A stretch of 64,000 bases of DNA from Desulfatiglandales bacterium (GTDB taxonomy: Bacteria; Desulfobacterota; DSM-4660; Desulfatiglandales; Desulfatiglandaceae), in NCBI GenBank assembly GCA_963666345.1, contig OY762721.1:2592001-2656000 (forward strand), given 5' to 3'. The notes beneath the pieces were generated by a model. It had not been told where the DNA came from. It saw only the letters and a program-made list of their open reading frames with translations, and searched no databases. Both the position numbers and the translations under genes were made by a program. Each line of letters begins with the position of its first letter. The stretch's first letter is position 1. Positions 9,751-18,945 of the stretch are shown one piece after another.

Positions 9751-11451
9751 TCAGTTCGAAGAGGGGCTGCGTAAATCAATCATGGTGATGAAATTTGAGT
9801 AGCGCGAATCAAGATCCTTGACCGGGATCCATTCATATTCCTCGCGAAATTCTTCCCATATTTCAGAAAGCGTTTCCTTCAGGATTGCTCCCGCCTCAGG
9901 ATCGGGGTTCGAGGCGAGGGAAAGGAAATAATCTATAAAGGGGTCCTTGAATCCGGGCATATTGTATGGAGGAGCCTTTTCATCAGCCCTCAAGAAATCA
10001 AAAAGCCTCTTTGCCTGCCCGGTCGGGATCCCGGAGAAATTGAGTTCTTCATGTAATACAAATCTGGCCCATAAATTAAAGAGCAGAGGCCTGAAGGTCG
10101 TGTCGGATGCCTTTATCAATCCATCTTCAACCGGATAACTTTGTGTAAGGTTCTCAAAAAGGCTGTCAAGCACCATCGTCTTGCGGAGGGCATCCATGCA
10201 GGCGGTAAGTTCCAAAACCGATTTGAAGTCTCTGAACTCCTCTTCCTCCTGAATCCCGGAGTAAAAGAGAGGAAATTTTTGAAGGATTCCTTTAAGGGCT
10301 CCTCCCCAATCCTCTCCCCAGAATTCAGGCCTAAGCGATTCTTTTCTTGACCAGCTTTCTTTTTCCCATCTCACAACCTCCCACTTTACCTTCAGGACAA
10401 GCCCTAGACCCACACGGAAGAAGGCCTCAAGGGAGTTGTCCCTTACCATCTTTTCAGCACTTGCGATATCTCCTTTGCAGGCCCTTTCCATGGCAATGTT
10501 GATGTAACCCGCGGCTTTCCTGCATGTGCGTATCAATATGTCCAGGTCCTGATCCATATTTCCGTCTGCTGAGATTATCTTGTTGCACAGGCCTGCAAAT
10601 TCAAGACATACCCTGTCCATCAGGATCGGGTCGGCTATTTCCGAGACGGTCTGCTGAAGAAGAGTGCCCCCGCCGCCCTGGTGGAAATGGGTCCTGGGCA
10701 CAAGCGCATTGCCGTCTTGTTCAATCAAAATGCCCGGTATCTTCCCTTTATCTTCTACCGCCAGGGCATCGGGCAAAAGGGGCGAATAGACCTTAAGAGC
10801 CTCTTCAAAGGGCAGGAATCCATGTTCCGCCAGGCGGACATTTCTTATCCTGTACATGCTTTCTTCCGATTCAGCCGGAATTACCCCTGCAAGTCCGAAT
10901 ATGAAGGCCTGATATTTCACAAAGTCTGTCTTCGCCATCTCTTTGATTATATTGTAAAATGTATCATGGTGTTGAGGCTCCATTACCCTGATGTAGCAGA
11001 CTCCGTCAAGGGTGAAAAAGCCTTCCGGCATATTATGGAGGTCGTCTTCGGAGTCCATTATCAGGACCTCCAGGTTTTTAGAAAGGCTGTAAAAGGCGAT
11101 AGGCTGTCCACTGCTGAAAAACCATTTCACGAGTCTGGGACAATCGGCCTGATAAAGCCTGGTTATCCACTCTGCAGTCGATGCAAGGTCAATCCTGTCC
11201 TTTTTCCATATCTCAAGGTCCATTATATACTGCCACTGTTTCTCCGACGCAAGTTCAAGTATTGGCAGACAGTCATCTTCCCCCAGTTTCTTGACCAGCC
11301 AGTAGAGGTCTTCCTCGGCAAGCCGCCTGACCATCCTGCCTGGGTCATCAAGCTCGAATATGCTGTTCAGTATCCTGCTTCCCGAAAGAGAAGAGAACTT
11401 CTCCGTCAAGGCCTTTCCCTTGTCAGGGGGTATGAGGTTACCCTCAGCCAT
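9751..11451 (-). CDS. Conserved deltaproteobacterial hypothetical protein (DUF6178-like)
   Basis: Long ORF with DLEIW and YRIRNVRLAEHGF motifs. Start placed at MAEGNL because the longer ORF overlaps ferritin. Confidence 0.6.
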   Translation of the reverse strand: MAEGNLIPPDKGKALTEKFSSLSGSRILNSIFELDDPGRMVRRLAEEDLYWLVKKLGEDDCLPILELASEKQWQYIMDLEIWKKDRIDLASTAEWITRLYQADCPRLVKWFFSSGQPIAFYSLSKNLEVLIMDSEDDLHNMPEGFFTLDGVCYIRVMEPQHHDTFYNIIKEMAKTDFVKYQAFIFGLAGVIPAESEESMYRIRNVRLAEHGFLPFEEALKVYSPLLPDALAVEDKGKIPGILIEQDGNALVPRTHFHQGGGGTLLQQTVSEIADPILMDRVCLEFAGLCNKIISADGNMDQDLDILIRTCRKAAGYINIAMERACKGDIASAEKMVRDNSLEAFFRVGLGLVLKVKWEVVRWEKESWSRKESLRPEFWGEDWGGALKGILQKFPLFYSGIQEEEEFRDFKSVLELTACMDALRKTMVLDSLFENLTQSYPVEDGLIKASDTTFRPLLFNLWARFVLHEELNFSGIPTGQAKRLFDFLRADEKAPPYNMPGFKDPFIDYFLSLASNPDPEAGAILKETLSEIWEEFREEYEWIPVKDLDSRYSNFITMIDLRSPSSN

Positions 11452-11570
11452 GCCGGGGGTCTTATTCTTTTTCTGTAGGCTCAAATGTGTAACTCCCGAT
11501 ATCATGCGGTTTTTTTGTTTAAAATGATAACATGGTTGGAGATTGCCATGTAACAAAGGGCAAGTCAACC

Positions 11571-11650
11571 GCGGCATCCCTGATCCACCATCAAGGCGTG
11601 GTCCGTTCCTGTTCTGTTCAGAGCCGGACTGCCTCGAATCCATTGGTCCT
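11571..11650 (-). repeat. Intergenic structured motif, copy 1 (candidate ncRNA or non-autonomous repeat)
   Basis: Shares the exact 15-mer TGATCCACCATCAAG plus AGGACC and GATTCG blocks with 14685-14788. Confidence 0.45.
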
Positions 11651-11659
11651 CGTGCCGAT

Positions 11660-12202
11660 TTACCCGGCCCCTTCCAATCCTTTGCTGAAATCTGTAAGGA
11701 CATTCGTCACTCTGGCTCCGAGCTCCTTGTCAAGCATGAAAAGGCCGTTTTTGCCTCCTTCGCCCGAACCTACGAGATTCAACTTGGCGATAATGTCGTT
11801 GTCGTTTTCCTCTTCTTCCACCTGCTCGGTTACGTACCACTGAAGGAAGATGTGTGTTGCATGATCCTTTTCCTCTATAGCGAGGTCAACCAGATCGTTG
11901 ATCGATCTGGTGATGAATTTCTCATGCTCCAGTGTTTTTTGGAACATATCAAGAGGAGAATCAAATTCCGCAGGCGGTTCGGCAATTGACGCGAGTTTAG
12001 GTCTTCCCCCCTGCCTGCCTATATACTCATATAGCTTCATGGCATGAAACATCTCTTCATGGTATTGAACCATAAACCAGTTTGCAAAGCCCTTAAGGCC
12101 TGCTGAATCGCTGTGGGTTGCCATGGACATGTAAAGATAGGCCGAATACATCTCCTTGTTCACCTGTTCATTAAGGGCCTTTTCCATGTTTTCACTTATC
12201 AT
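11660..12202 (-). CDS. ftnA: Non-heme ferritin
   Basis: LNEQVNKEMYSAYLY, EEMFHA, LEHEKFIT, FLQWYVTEQVEEE ferroxidase pattern; SD AGGAGG. Confidence 0.93.
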   Translation of the reverse strand: MISENMEKALNEQVNKEMYSAYLYMSMATHSDSAGLKGFANWFMVQYHEEMFHAMKLYEYIGRQGGRPKLASIAEPPAEFDSPLDMFQKTLEHEKFITRSINDLVDLAIEEKDHATHIFLQWYVTEQVEEEENDNDIIAKLNLVGSGEGGKNGLFMLDKELGARVTNVLTDFSKGLEGAG

Positions 12203-12299
12203 GACGCATCCTCCTTTAAAGAATTATGTTCACTTCCCCTGACCTTAATACAGTAATGTCTCAATGCACACTGTTCAACCCTGAAGGAGAAAATATATG

Positions 12300-12335
12300 T
12301 TGACAAGATGCCGGTTGTCGTTTATTTTTATAAAC
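12300..12335 (+). promoter_or_regulatory. Sigma70 promoter with overlapping palindromic operator
   Basis: TTGACA-17-TATTTT; GTTTAT-TTTT-ATAAAC (12320-12335) covers the -10. Confidence 0.6.
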
Positions 12336-12435
12336 ATCAAAACGGGACTGCCTGATTTCAGGGCAGGTTAAGCGGTCTTGAGCGCTTAAATAAATTGTTT
12401 TCAGGCTTTAATCAAAAAGGGATTTTTAAAAAGCG

Positions 12436-13095
12436 GTGCAGGAATTGAAATCAGGATTCGATTCATTTTTCAGGCGTATCTCCGAGGCGGCAGGGATTTC
12501 CTCCCAAAATGAGCTTGCCTGTCTCCTTGGTGTAAACCGTTCCGCCATAACCCAGGCCAAAAAAAGGGGCGTTATTCCTGAAAAGTGGATCCTCAATCTT
12601 TCCCGCTCCTTCAGGCTTAACCCCGACTGGATTGAGTCGGGTCAAGGCCCTAAATATATAAGGGGTTCTGAAGATGATAGCCTTGAATTCACTGTAATAC
12701 CAAAGGTCAGGGCCAGGCTGAGTGCCGGAGGAGGTTCCTTCGAAGTGGGTGAGGAGATAGAAGGTTACTATTCCTTCAGGGGACAGTGGCTTGCAAGAAA
12801 GGGAAGCCCGAGGAGCATGGTCCTTATGAATGTTTTTGGAAACAGCATGGAGCCTGAGATAAAGGACGGGGACACAATACTCGTTGACGAATCACAGAAG
12901 GATATCCTTGCAGGTGCAATATATGCGGTAGGTGTGGATGATACGGTTATGGTCAAAAGGGTAGAAAAACACCCGAATAAACTTGTCCTGCAAAGTGACA
13001 ACTCTACTTATCAGCCGATATACCTTGAAGGTGAGGAGATAGAAAAGGCGCGGATTATAGGCAAGGTCTTATGGGTGTGTCGTGAGCTCAGGTAG
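12436..13095 (+). CDS. LexA/phage CI-like repressor (HTH + S24 autopeptidase)
   Basis: HTH (QNELACLLGVNRSAIT), Ala-Gly cleavage site (LSAGGG), catalytic Ser (GNSMEP) and Lys (VKRV). Confidence 0.88.
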   Translation: MQELKSGFDSFFRRISEAAGISSQNELACLLGVNRSAITQAKKRGVIPEKWILNLSRSFRLNPDWIESGQGPKYIRGSEDDSLEFTVIPKVRARLSAGGGSFEVGEEIEGYYSFRGQWLARKGSPRSMVLMNVFGNSMEPEIKDGDTILVDESQKDILAGAIYAVGVDDTVMVKRVEKHPNKLVLQSDNSTYQPIYLEGEEIEKARIIGKVLWVCRELR

Positions 13096-13172
13096 GCGAA
13101 AGGCATTTTTTTATCTTCCATGTTGTTATTTATAAACATAAATTGGTTTAAATAAACGAAGAGGAGGATAAA

Positions 13173-13337
13173 ATGCAACAAAGGTACTGCGTATGCGGGT
13201 GTATGATTTGGGTTCAGTATGAATTTGCAGGTGCGGACTTACATACCAATTTTTGGGCGGAAAAGTTTAAGGGAAACTCTTTCCTGTTAAAGTGCCCCGG
13301 ATGCGGAAAGCATCTTGATATCGATGAACTGGGTTAA
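13173..13337 (+). CDS. Small Zn-ribbon protein, 54 aa (below the ORF-track cut-off)
   Basis: MQQRYCVCGCMIWVQYEFAGADLHTNFWAEKFKGNSFLLKCPGCGKHLDIDELG; SD GAGGAGG; CxC...CxxC; followed by a terminator. Confidence 0.75.
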   Translation: MQQRYCVCGCMIWVQYEFAGADLHTNFWAEKFKGNSFLLKCPGCGKHLDIDELG

Positions 13338-13351
13338 ATGCCTTGGGAAAT

Positions 13352-13399
13352 CTCCCGGTTGGCCTGTTTCAAACAGTGCTAAGCCGGGAGTTTTTCTTT
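13352..13399 (+). terminator. Intrinsic terminator
   Basis: CTCCCGGTT...AGCCGGGAG stem followed by TTTTTCTTT. Confidence 0.65.
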
Positions 13400-13434
13400 G
13401 ATTGAGCAGATGTGAACCCACATTTTGCTAATTT

Positions 13435-13596
13435 TCAAGTTGAGTGAACTTTGTTCCTGACCCCTTTCCCGAAGTTTACGACATTTACTTCGTATTCCAC
13501 ACTTTCAGGGAGCAGGATCTGCTTTGTAACCTTGTTAGAGGTGAAAAGCGGGTTGTGCGGCGTTTTTTCCGCCTTTTCCATGCTGACTATCTTCAT
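13435..13596 (-). pseudogene. Truncated cupin-domain gene (N-terminal half only)
   Basis: MKIVSM...VNVVNFGKGVRNKVHST* stops within cupin motif 1; no continuation seen downstream. Confidence 0.5.
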
Positions 13597-13635
13597 CTGC
13601 GTCTCTTTCAAACTTTTGTGATTGGATCGCAAGGA

Positions 13636-14571
13636 TCAATCATTCATGGCCTCTGATTCCTGCCCTGCCTCTTTTGACTCAGGTTTTACGGCATCCTCTT
13701 TTTTATCTTCAGGCTCGGGAGCGGCAACTTCCGCCTGTTTTGGTTCCTCCATCCTTACTTCTTCTTTGTCCCTGATTTTTTCAGGTTCCTGACTTTTTTT
13801 CTTATCCTTTACGATCTTTTCCTTTTCCTCCCCTTTTTTATCGTGCGGTTTAACGTCTTGTTCGAGGTGGATCTTCTTGTACTGGTGTATCATGGTATTG
13901 GTAAAGCCTATAAGGATGTCATCTATATACGTGCGGTGGTTGCCTCCCACATAGGCCTGAAGAGCCTCACTGATCGATTTTTTTGAGTCAAAATATTCGG
14001 AAAGGATCATCGAGCCAAGGTGAATATTATTGTCAATATAAAAGATGCTGTCATTGGTAATTCGAAGATTTTTAAGCTTTTTAGGATGAGCCCTTTCGAG
14101 AACCTGCATGAGGCCCTTTGCTCCCTTATTGCTTACCAGAATCAACCTGAAACTGGATTCCCTGTTTATTATGTGTACTATGAGTTCAGGCGGGATACCG
14201 AATTCATTGGAATACTTCAAGGCGGTTCTTGCTATAGCCTCCGATATATTGGGATCAAGTTTGGGTTGAAGTTGACGGATCAGATCATTTATTTTTTTGA
14301 ATTCATCGGCTTTGTCCCTGTTTTTGTCTCTTATGCCTTTTTCCTTAAGAATCCCGATGGATTTTTTAAGGACGGCAATTTCCTGATTTTTGACTGTTTC
14401 ATTCATCCTTGCCGTATCAAGGTTTTCAGCGATCCTCTGAATGTCAAGGTTCACCTGCCTGTAATATATACTGGCAACGGCAGCCACAGACACAGCGGCG
14501 AGTAAGACAATTATTATTGTAAACAAGTAAAAACGCCTTGGATTTGAGCCTCCATCACCCGATGGTTCCAT
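13636..14571 (-). CDS. Membrane-anchored soluble-lytic-transglycosylase (SLT) domain protein
   Basis: N-terminal TM helix, coiled coil, IINRESSF (catalytic Glu), GAKGLMQV, ALQAY; Lys/Glu-rich tail. Confidence 0.8.
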   Translation of the reverse strand: MEPSGDGGSNPRRFYLFTIIIVLLAAVSVAAVASIYYRQVNLDIQRIAENLDTARMNETVKNQEIAVLKKSIGILKEKGIRDKNRDKADEFKKINDLIRQLQPKLDPNISEAIARTALKYSNEFGIPPELIVHIINRESSFRLILVSNKGAKGLMQVLERAHPKKLKNLRITNDSIFYIDNNIHLGSMILSEYFDSKKSISEALQAYVGGNHRTYIDDILIGFTNTMIHQYKKIHLEQDVKPHDKKGEEKEKIVKDKKKSQEPEKIRDKEEVRMEEPKQAEVAAPEPEDKKEDAVKPESKEAGQESEAMND

Positions 14572-14684
14572 CCGTTTTTCCTCCAGATTATTGGTTGTAT
14601 GTCAATCGTTCTTATGCGGGGGTTGAATTTATGGGTGCAACAAGAATAGAATTTTAAAAAATTAAATGAGACTTGTCAAAATTT

Positions 14685-14788
14685 GTGGTATCCCCTTGAT
14701 CCACCATCAAGATATCATCTGTCCCGCTTGAGCGGGGTTACCTTTGATCGCTCGGCCTTGCGAATCGGTTGCTCCGAACCGGGGTCCT
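14685..14788 (-). repeat. Intergenic structured motif, copy 2
   Basis: Same conserved blocks as 11571-11650 with two extra inserted hairpins. Confidence 0.45.
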
Positions 14789-14864
14789 TTACTATTTTTC
14801 TTTTATTTATTAATATTTGATCAAATATCATTAAGGGCATATAAAAAATAAAGGCTGATACTAA

Positions 14865-15034
14865 AGTTTATCCATAAATCAAGATTTATGGACTCACGCA
14901 ATCAGCTGTCAGTAGTCAGTAAAACACCCGGGATATCAAATTATTGGCTACTTGCTGATAGCTGCCGCTTGCCCGCCGCTAATGTGGCGGGGCTGAAAGC
15001 AGCATCCGGAAATGGTCCATTTCCGGATGGGACT
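14865..15034. mobile_element. MITE/REP-like palindromic element
   Basis: Imperfect terminal inverted repeats (AGTTTATCCATAAAT / ATTTCCGGATGGGACT), each end forming its own hairpin; internal CAGCTGTCAG/CTGATAGCTG arms. Confidence 0.45.
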
Positions 15035-15055
15035 AAATAAGTTCACACCGGACCC

Positions 15056-15847
15056 ATGGGAGGAATGGCAATGAGTTACAGCACGGTCTTGATCGAAAGA
15101 AAGGGGCATATCGGAACGGTAATACTTAACCGGCCGGAATATATGAACACATTCAGCTCGGAGATGGCGGATGAATTGAATGCCGCGCTTGTTGGACTGG
15201 ATATGGATCAGGATGTCAGGGTTATTGTCTTAAAGGGTTCAGGTAAGGCCTTTTGTGTCGGCATTGACGTGTCGGAATTCCATGGAAAGAGCCATGCCCA
15301 GTATCTGGAATGGGTTACACGTATGGAGAATGTGATCATAACCATCTCGGGCATGAAAAAACCTGTGATCGCCTCCGCCCACGGCTATGCCGTCGCCAAT
15401 GGCGCCGGCCTTATAGCCGCGTGTGATCTGGCGATTGTGGCGGAGGGAACCAAGATCGGAGCGACTGCGGTAAATGTGGGGCTTTTCTGCATGGGTCCGG
15501 CTGTCCCGATATCCAGGATCCTCGGCAGGAAAAGGGCGCTTGAAATGGTCCTGACGGGAGATTTGATAGACGCTTCAAAGGCACTTGAATGGGGGCTCGT
15601 AAATCAGGTCGTGCCTGCGGGTAAACTTCAGGAGGAGACGGAAAGGCTTGCGGAAAAGCTGGCCCTGAAGAGCCCTCTGGCCGTTCAGATGGGGAAAAGG
15701 GCCTTTTACGGAATGTCCGATATGGAGCTGTCAAAGGCAGTAGAATATTCCAATGAGGTCTTTGCCTCTCTATGCATTACAGAAGATGCGAGTGAAGGGG
15801 TGGAGGCGTTTCTGAACAAGAGGCTGCCTGTGTGGAAGGAAAAATGA
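15056..15847 (+). CDS. Enoyl-CoA hydratase/isomerase family protein
   Basis: LNRPE, GKAFCVGID, KPVIASAHGYAVANG, ALEWGLVN, EDASEGVEAFLNKR. Start may be 15071. Confidence 0.88.
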   Translation: MGGMAMSYSTVLIERKGHIGTVILNRPEYMNTFSSEMADELNAALVGLDMDQDVRVIVLKGSGKAFCVGIDVSEFHGKSHAQYLEWVTRMENVIITISGMKKPVIASAHGYAVANGAGLIAACDLAIVAEGTKIGATAVNVGLFCMGPAVPISRILGRKRALEMVLTGDLIDASKALEWGLVNQVVPAGKLQEETERLAEKLALKSPLAVQMGKRAFYGMSDMELSKAVEYSNEVFASLCITEDASEGVEAFLNKRLPVWKEK

Positions 15848-15863
15848 GGGCATGAGCCGATAT

Positions 15864-16658
15864 CTACCCGGGGACCCTGCATCTGAGATCAACATAGGAA
15901 TCCACTTTGGCGAATATCTTGTCGACCTGTGCCGATTTCGGCAGGGCATCCCTGATTATCCTCATATACCCCCTCTGCCGCAGGAGTTCAAATGCACGCC
16001 TGAAGGTCAGATCAAATACCCAGCCTGTCTGAAGCAGTTTGAAATCGTTGAATGTCTTGAGGCTGCTTATCTTGACGACCCTTTCAGCCATGATATCCGA
16101 AACAACGTCAGGGGATATATTCGGGGAATCAGGCAGATCCAGTTCAATGGCGCTGTTTTTTCTTCCTCCACTATCTTTGTAGTACTCGGTCACAACCCGC
16201 CAGATGTCCAGTTTGTCCGCGTCTCTGAGCAACCGCAGAAAAAAAAGACAATCTTCCGATGCCTCTTCTGGAAGGACCGCACGGTTGTGGTTTGAAACGG
16301 CGTAGAGGATCAAATCCCTGTCCCGGTTGTCGAGCAAATCAAGTACCTTTTCCTTTTTCAGCACCCTGGCGCCCAGTGAGGCATGATTTTCAGATTTATG
16401 GTCGGCAAAGGTGCCGTAGCGTGAATATTGCTCGAATCTGCCTATATCATGAAAAAGCGCCGTCACCTCCGCCAGCCGGATCTGTTCGTCAGTAAGGGCG
16501 ATACTTGTCGCTATATCAAGTATTTCTTCACAGACCCTTTCGGTGTGTTTCGCCTTGAGGTCCATATTCTGCTGCTGCCCGGGATCAAAAGAGCGATACC
16601 TGGATACATATCGGCAAAACCAGTCCTTAAGAGATGCAAGCGTCTTATTATCAATCAT
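15864..16658 (-). CDS. HD-domain phosphohydrolase
   Basis: KHTERV, LFHDIGRF, NHA, NHN, RDADKLD. Confidence 0.85.
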   Translation of the reverse strand: MIDNKTLASLKDWFCRYVSRYRSFDPGQQQNMDLKAKHTERVCEEILDIATSIALTDEQIRLAEVTALFHDIGRFEQYSRYGTFADHKSENHASLGARVLKKEKVLDLLDNRDRDLILYAVSNHNRAVLPEEASEDCLFFLRLLRDADKLDIWRVVTEYYKDSGGRKNSAIELDLPDSPNISPDVVSDIMAERVVKISSLKTFNDFKLLQTGWVFDLTFRRAFELLRQRGYMRIIRDALPKSAQVDKIFAKVDSYVDLRCRVPG

Positions 16659-16674
16659 TATCTCGGCCAGTTTC

Positions 16675-16983
16675 TCATGTGCTTATTTCAAAATCCGTTT
16701 TTTCCTGTACGCTTTTTATCTTGTTTTTGAGCGCACCCTTCACCCCTTTTCTGATGTCAAATTTTACTGAAAGACTTATCCTGTCGGAGTCCTTCTCAAG
16801 GTTTCTGTAACATCTTGTGAGAAGAGCCAGAAGTTCGTCCCAGTCACCCTCCACGACAGTTCCCATGGGGTTCAGTCTGTAGTCCAGGCCGCTGTCCTTT
16901 ATTATGGAAACAGTGCCTGCAACATACTTGCTGAAGCTGGAGCCCTTATCAAGTGGAATCAGTGTGAATTCCATTAAACCCAT
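16675..16983 (-). CDS. MTH1187/YkoF-family thiamine-binding protein
   Basis: FTLIPL..G.SFSKYVA, SGLDYRLNPMGTVVEG, KFDIR, KIKSV. Confidence 0.85.
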   Translation of the reverse strand: MGLMEFTLIPLDKGSSFSKYVAGTVSIIKDSGLDYRLNPMGTVVEGDWDELLALLTRCYRNLEKDSDRISLSVKFDIRKGVKGALKNKIKSVQEKTDFEIST

Positions 16984-17239
16984 TTTGTTTCTCCTTTCTG
17001 TTCCGGTTACTTGTTTTCAGGAGGCTATGTATACTCCATCGGGCATAAGAAGAAAAGTCCTGAAACCGGTTTTTTATGGCCCGGGAATTAATATCCGAGA
17101 ATGCTTCAATAAAAGATGACATCCGAGCCATGATTTTCAGGGTCTGACGGAAAAATGGCATCTTGCTCTTGCTTTTGCTTGTCAAGGCATTAACTTTCTA
17201 TTTTTACTACTTAATTACGCATTCGCCGGGGGTCATTTT

Positions 17240-18157
17240 ATGATAAGTCTTTCTCAGTTAGAAGACATAAAACTGGTCACCATCCCAAGGTTTCAGGAGT
17301 TTATCGCAAGATTTTTTCTTGGGCCGAATTACAATTTCTTTTCAAAAGTGGATATACAAATAAGAGGGATTGAAAATATACCCAGGGACAGGACCGTCAT
17401 TTTCGCCATGAACCATACCGACAGGTACAACTACTGGCCATTTCAATATAAGTTATGGAGCTTAAGGGATTATCATTTCACCACGGTGTGGGTAAAGGCC
17501 GATTATTACAGAAACAGATTCCTTGCCGGGACACTTGATTTATGTAACATGATTCCCGTTCCAAACAGAAAATACCTGATACAGGAATATTTTACAGAGC
17601 GATTCGGAAGAAGAATGAAAAATGCGGAATACAACGCCCTAAAGGCAGGTGCTGAATCGGAAAGTGAGATTTCATCGACCACAAAAGAGATCTCGGCTCT
17701 GATTCGTGAAAATTTTATGAATTTTATTGCGGAGCGTTATAATGGCCTGATGGAAAAGGTCGCCCATCTGAGCAGAGAGGCCCTGCTTTTAAAGAACCTG
17801 AATCTCATTATTTTCCCTGAAGGCACAAGGTCCACAAGGCTTGGCTCCGGCAGGACCGGACTGGCTCAACTGGCCCTTGATACCGGGGCGCCTATCGTTC
17901 CCGTGGGGTGCAGTAACTGTCACAGGGTATATCCCGGGACCCTGCCCTTTGCAAGGAGCGGCAAGGTGGAATACCGGGTGGGCGAACCGCTTACCTTTGA
18001 AGGGGCCTTGAGCAATTACAGGATAGATGAGGGGTTCGACCTTTTTTCAGATGATTCAAGGGAAAGGTACAGGGAAAACTTCGAGTCCGTGACCGATCTC
18101 GTAATGCAGGCGATCAAGGGCCTTATTGATGAGGAACACAGAGACCGGGACGATTGA
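17240..18157 (+). CDS. Lysophospholipid acyltransferase (PlsC-like) family protein
   Basis: FAMNH, IFPEGTRS, PIVPVG motifs. Confidence 0.75.
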   Translation: MISLSQLEDIKLVTIPRFQEFIARFFLGPNYNFFSKVDIQIRGIENIPRDRTVIFAMNHTDRYNYWPFQYKLWSLRDYHFTTVWVKADYYRNRFLAGTLDLCNMIPVPNRKYLIQEYFTERFGRRMKNAEYNALKAGAESESEISSTTKEISALIRENFMNFIAERYNGLMEKVAHLSREALLLKNLNLIIFPEGTRSTRLGSGRTGLAQLALDTGAPIVPVGCSNCHRVYPGTLPFARSGKVEYRVGEPLTFEGALSNYRIDEGFDLFSDDSRERYRENFESVTDLVMQAIKGLIDEEHRDRDD

Positions 18158-18175
18158 ATATGCTCACAAGCATAG

Positions 18176-18919
18176 TCAACCGCCGAATGTGTCGGCGATC
18201 TGCTTTGCAATAAGACCTTTTACCTCTTTTTCACATTCTTTCCACTCAAGTTTCTTTTTTTCCGCTGTAATCTTAAACGTTGTCTCTATCTGTTTGTAAT
18301 TACTGCTGTCATTTATGTCCTGGCTCACTGTGGAGGAAGTCCCCTGTTTCAGCTCGGTTCTGGTCTCAGTAATTATGGGGGTGGCCCTTTTTTCAAGGAT
18401 TCTCAGGATTCCGTCCATTTCCAGCCTTCCCACCTTGACCAGACTGCTGGTCAGATCGGCCAGCGCCCCTGCCGCCACTCCGATGGCGGCTCCGGCGACT
18501 GCTGCGCCGGTGCCTTTTTGAGCACCTATAACCCCTCCTGCCACACCACCTACCACCGCCCCTGAATCAGGACTTCCCATGATTTCCCTGGCGGTTTTTT
18601 CACTGAAATTGCTTGTTATTACAACCTGGGCAATATATCTTGCCTCCCGGGGACGGACAATATTATAGCCCTTTTGCCTCAGGTCGTTTCGCACCTGATT
18701 CCATACCTCATCGCCTACCTCGAACCTTGACTGGTCCCTGATTTGAACCGCCACATCGTCTCCAGGCTCCGCCATCAGAAAGATCGGATCCGGATTGATG
18801 ACGTTTATGCGAAGGTCCTTGTACTCTATCTCCGTTCTGGCCGCATCCATCATGGAGCAGCCGCTCAGGCAGGCAAGAAACAGACAGGCAAGTGCCACGG
18901 CACTGATAATATATTTCAT
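18176..18919 (-). CDS. traT: TraT-like (complement-resistance) lipoprotein
   Basis: Lipobox LSGC, PIFL, KGY.IV, glycine-zipper GGVAGGVIG, TELKQG. Confidence 0.65.
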   Translation of the reverse strand: MKYIISAVALACLFLACLSGCSMMDAARTEIEYKDLRINVINPDPIFLMAEPGDDVAVQIRDQSRFEVGDEVWNQVRNDLRQKGYNIVRPREARYIAQVVITSNFSEKTAREIMGSPDSGAVVGGVAGGVIGAQKGTGAAVAGAAIGVAAGALADLTSSLVKVGRLEMDGILRILEKRATPIITETRTELKQGTSSTVSQDINDSSNYKQIETTFKITAEKKKLEWKECEKEVKGLIAKQIADTFGG

Positions 18920-18945
18920 GTCATTTTCTTCACTTTCTTTAAAGA

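Noticed and set aside
11571..11650. HDV-like ribozyme, fluoride riboswitch or T-box as the identity of the repeated motif
   Set aside because: TCCACC and CGAA resemble HDV L3 and J4/2, but P1 and P2 pairings cannot be formed; the other consensus elements are missing.
9751..11703. 650-aa version of the DUF6178-like ORF
   Set aside because: The extension overlaps ferritin and the intergenic motif and looks non-coding; a later start is more plausible.
12436..14571. Prophage (CI-like repressor plus transglycosylase)
   Set aside because: No integrase, terminase, structural genes or att repeats; flanking genes are housekeeping-type.
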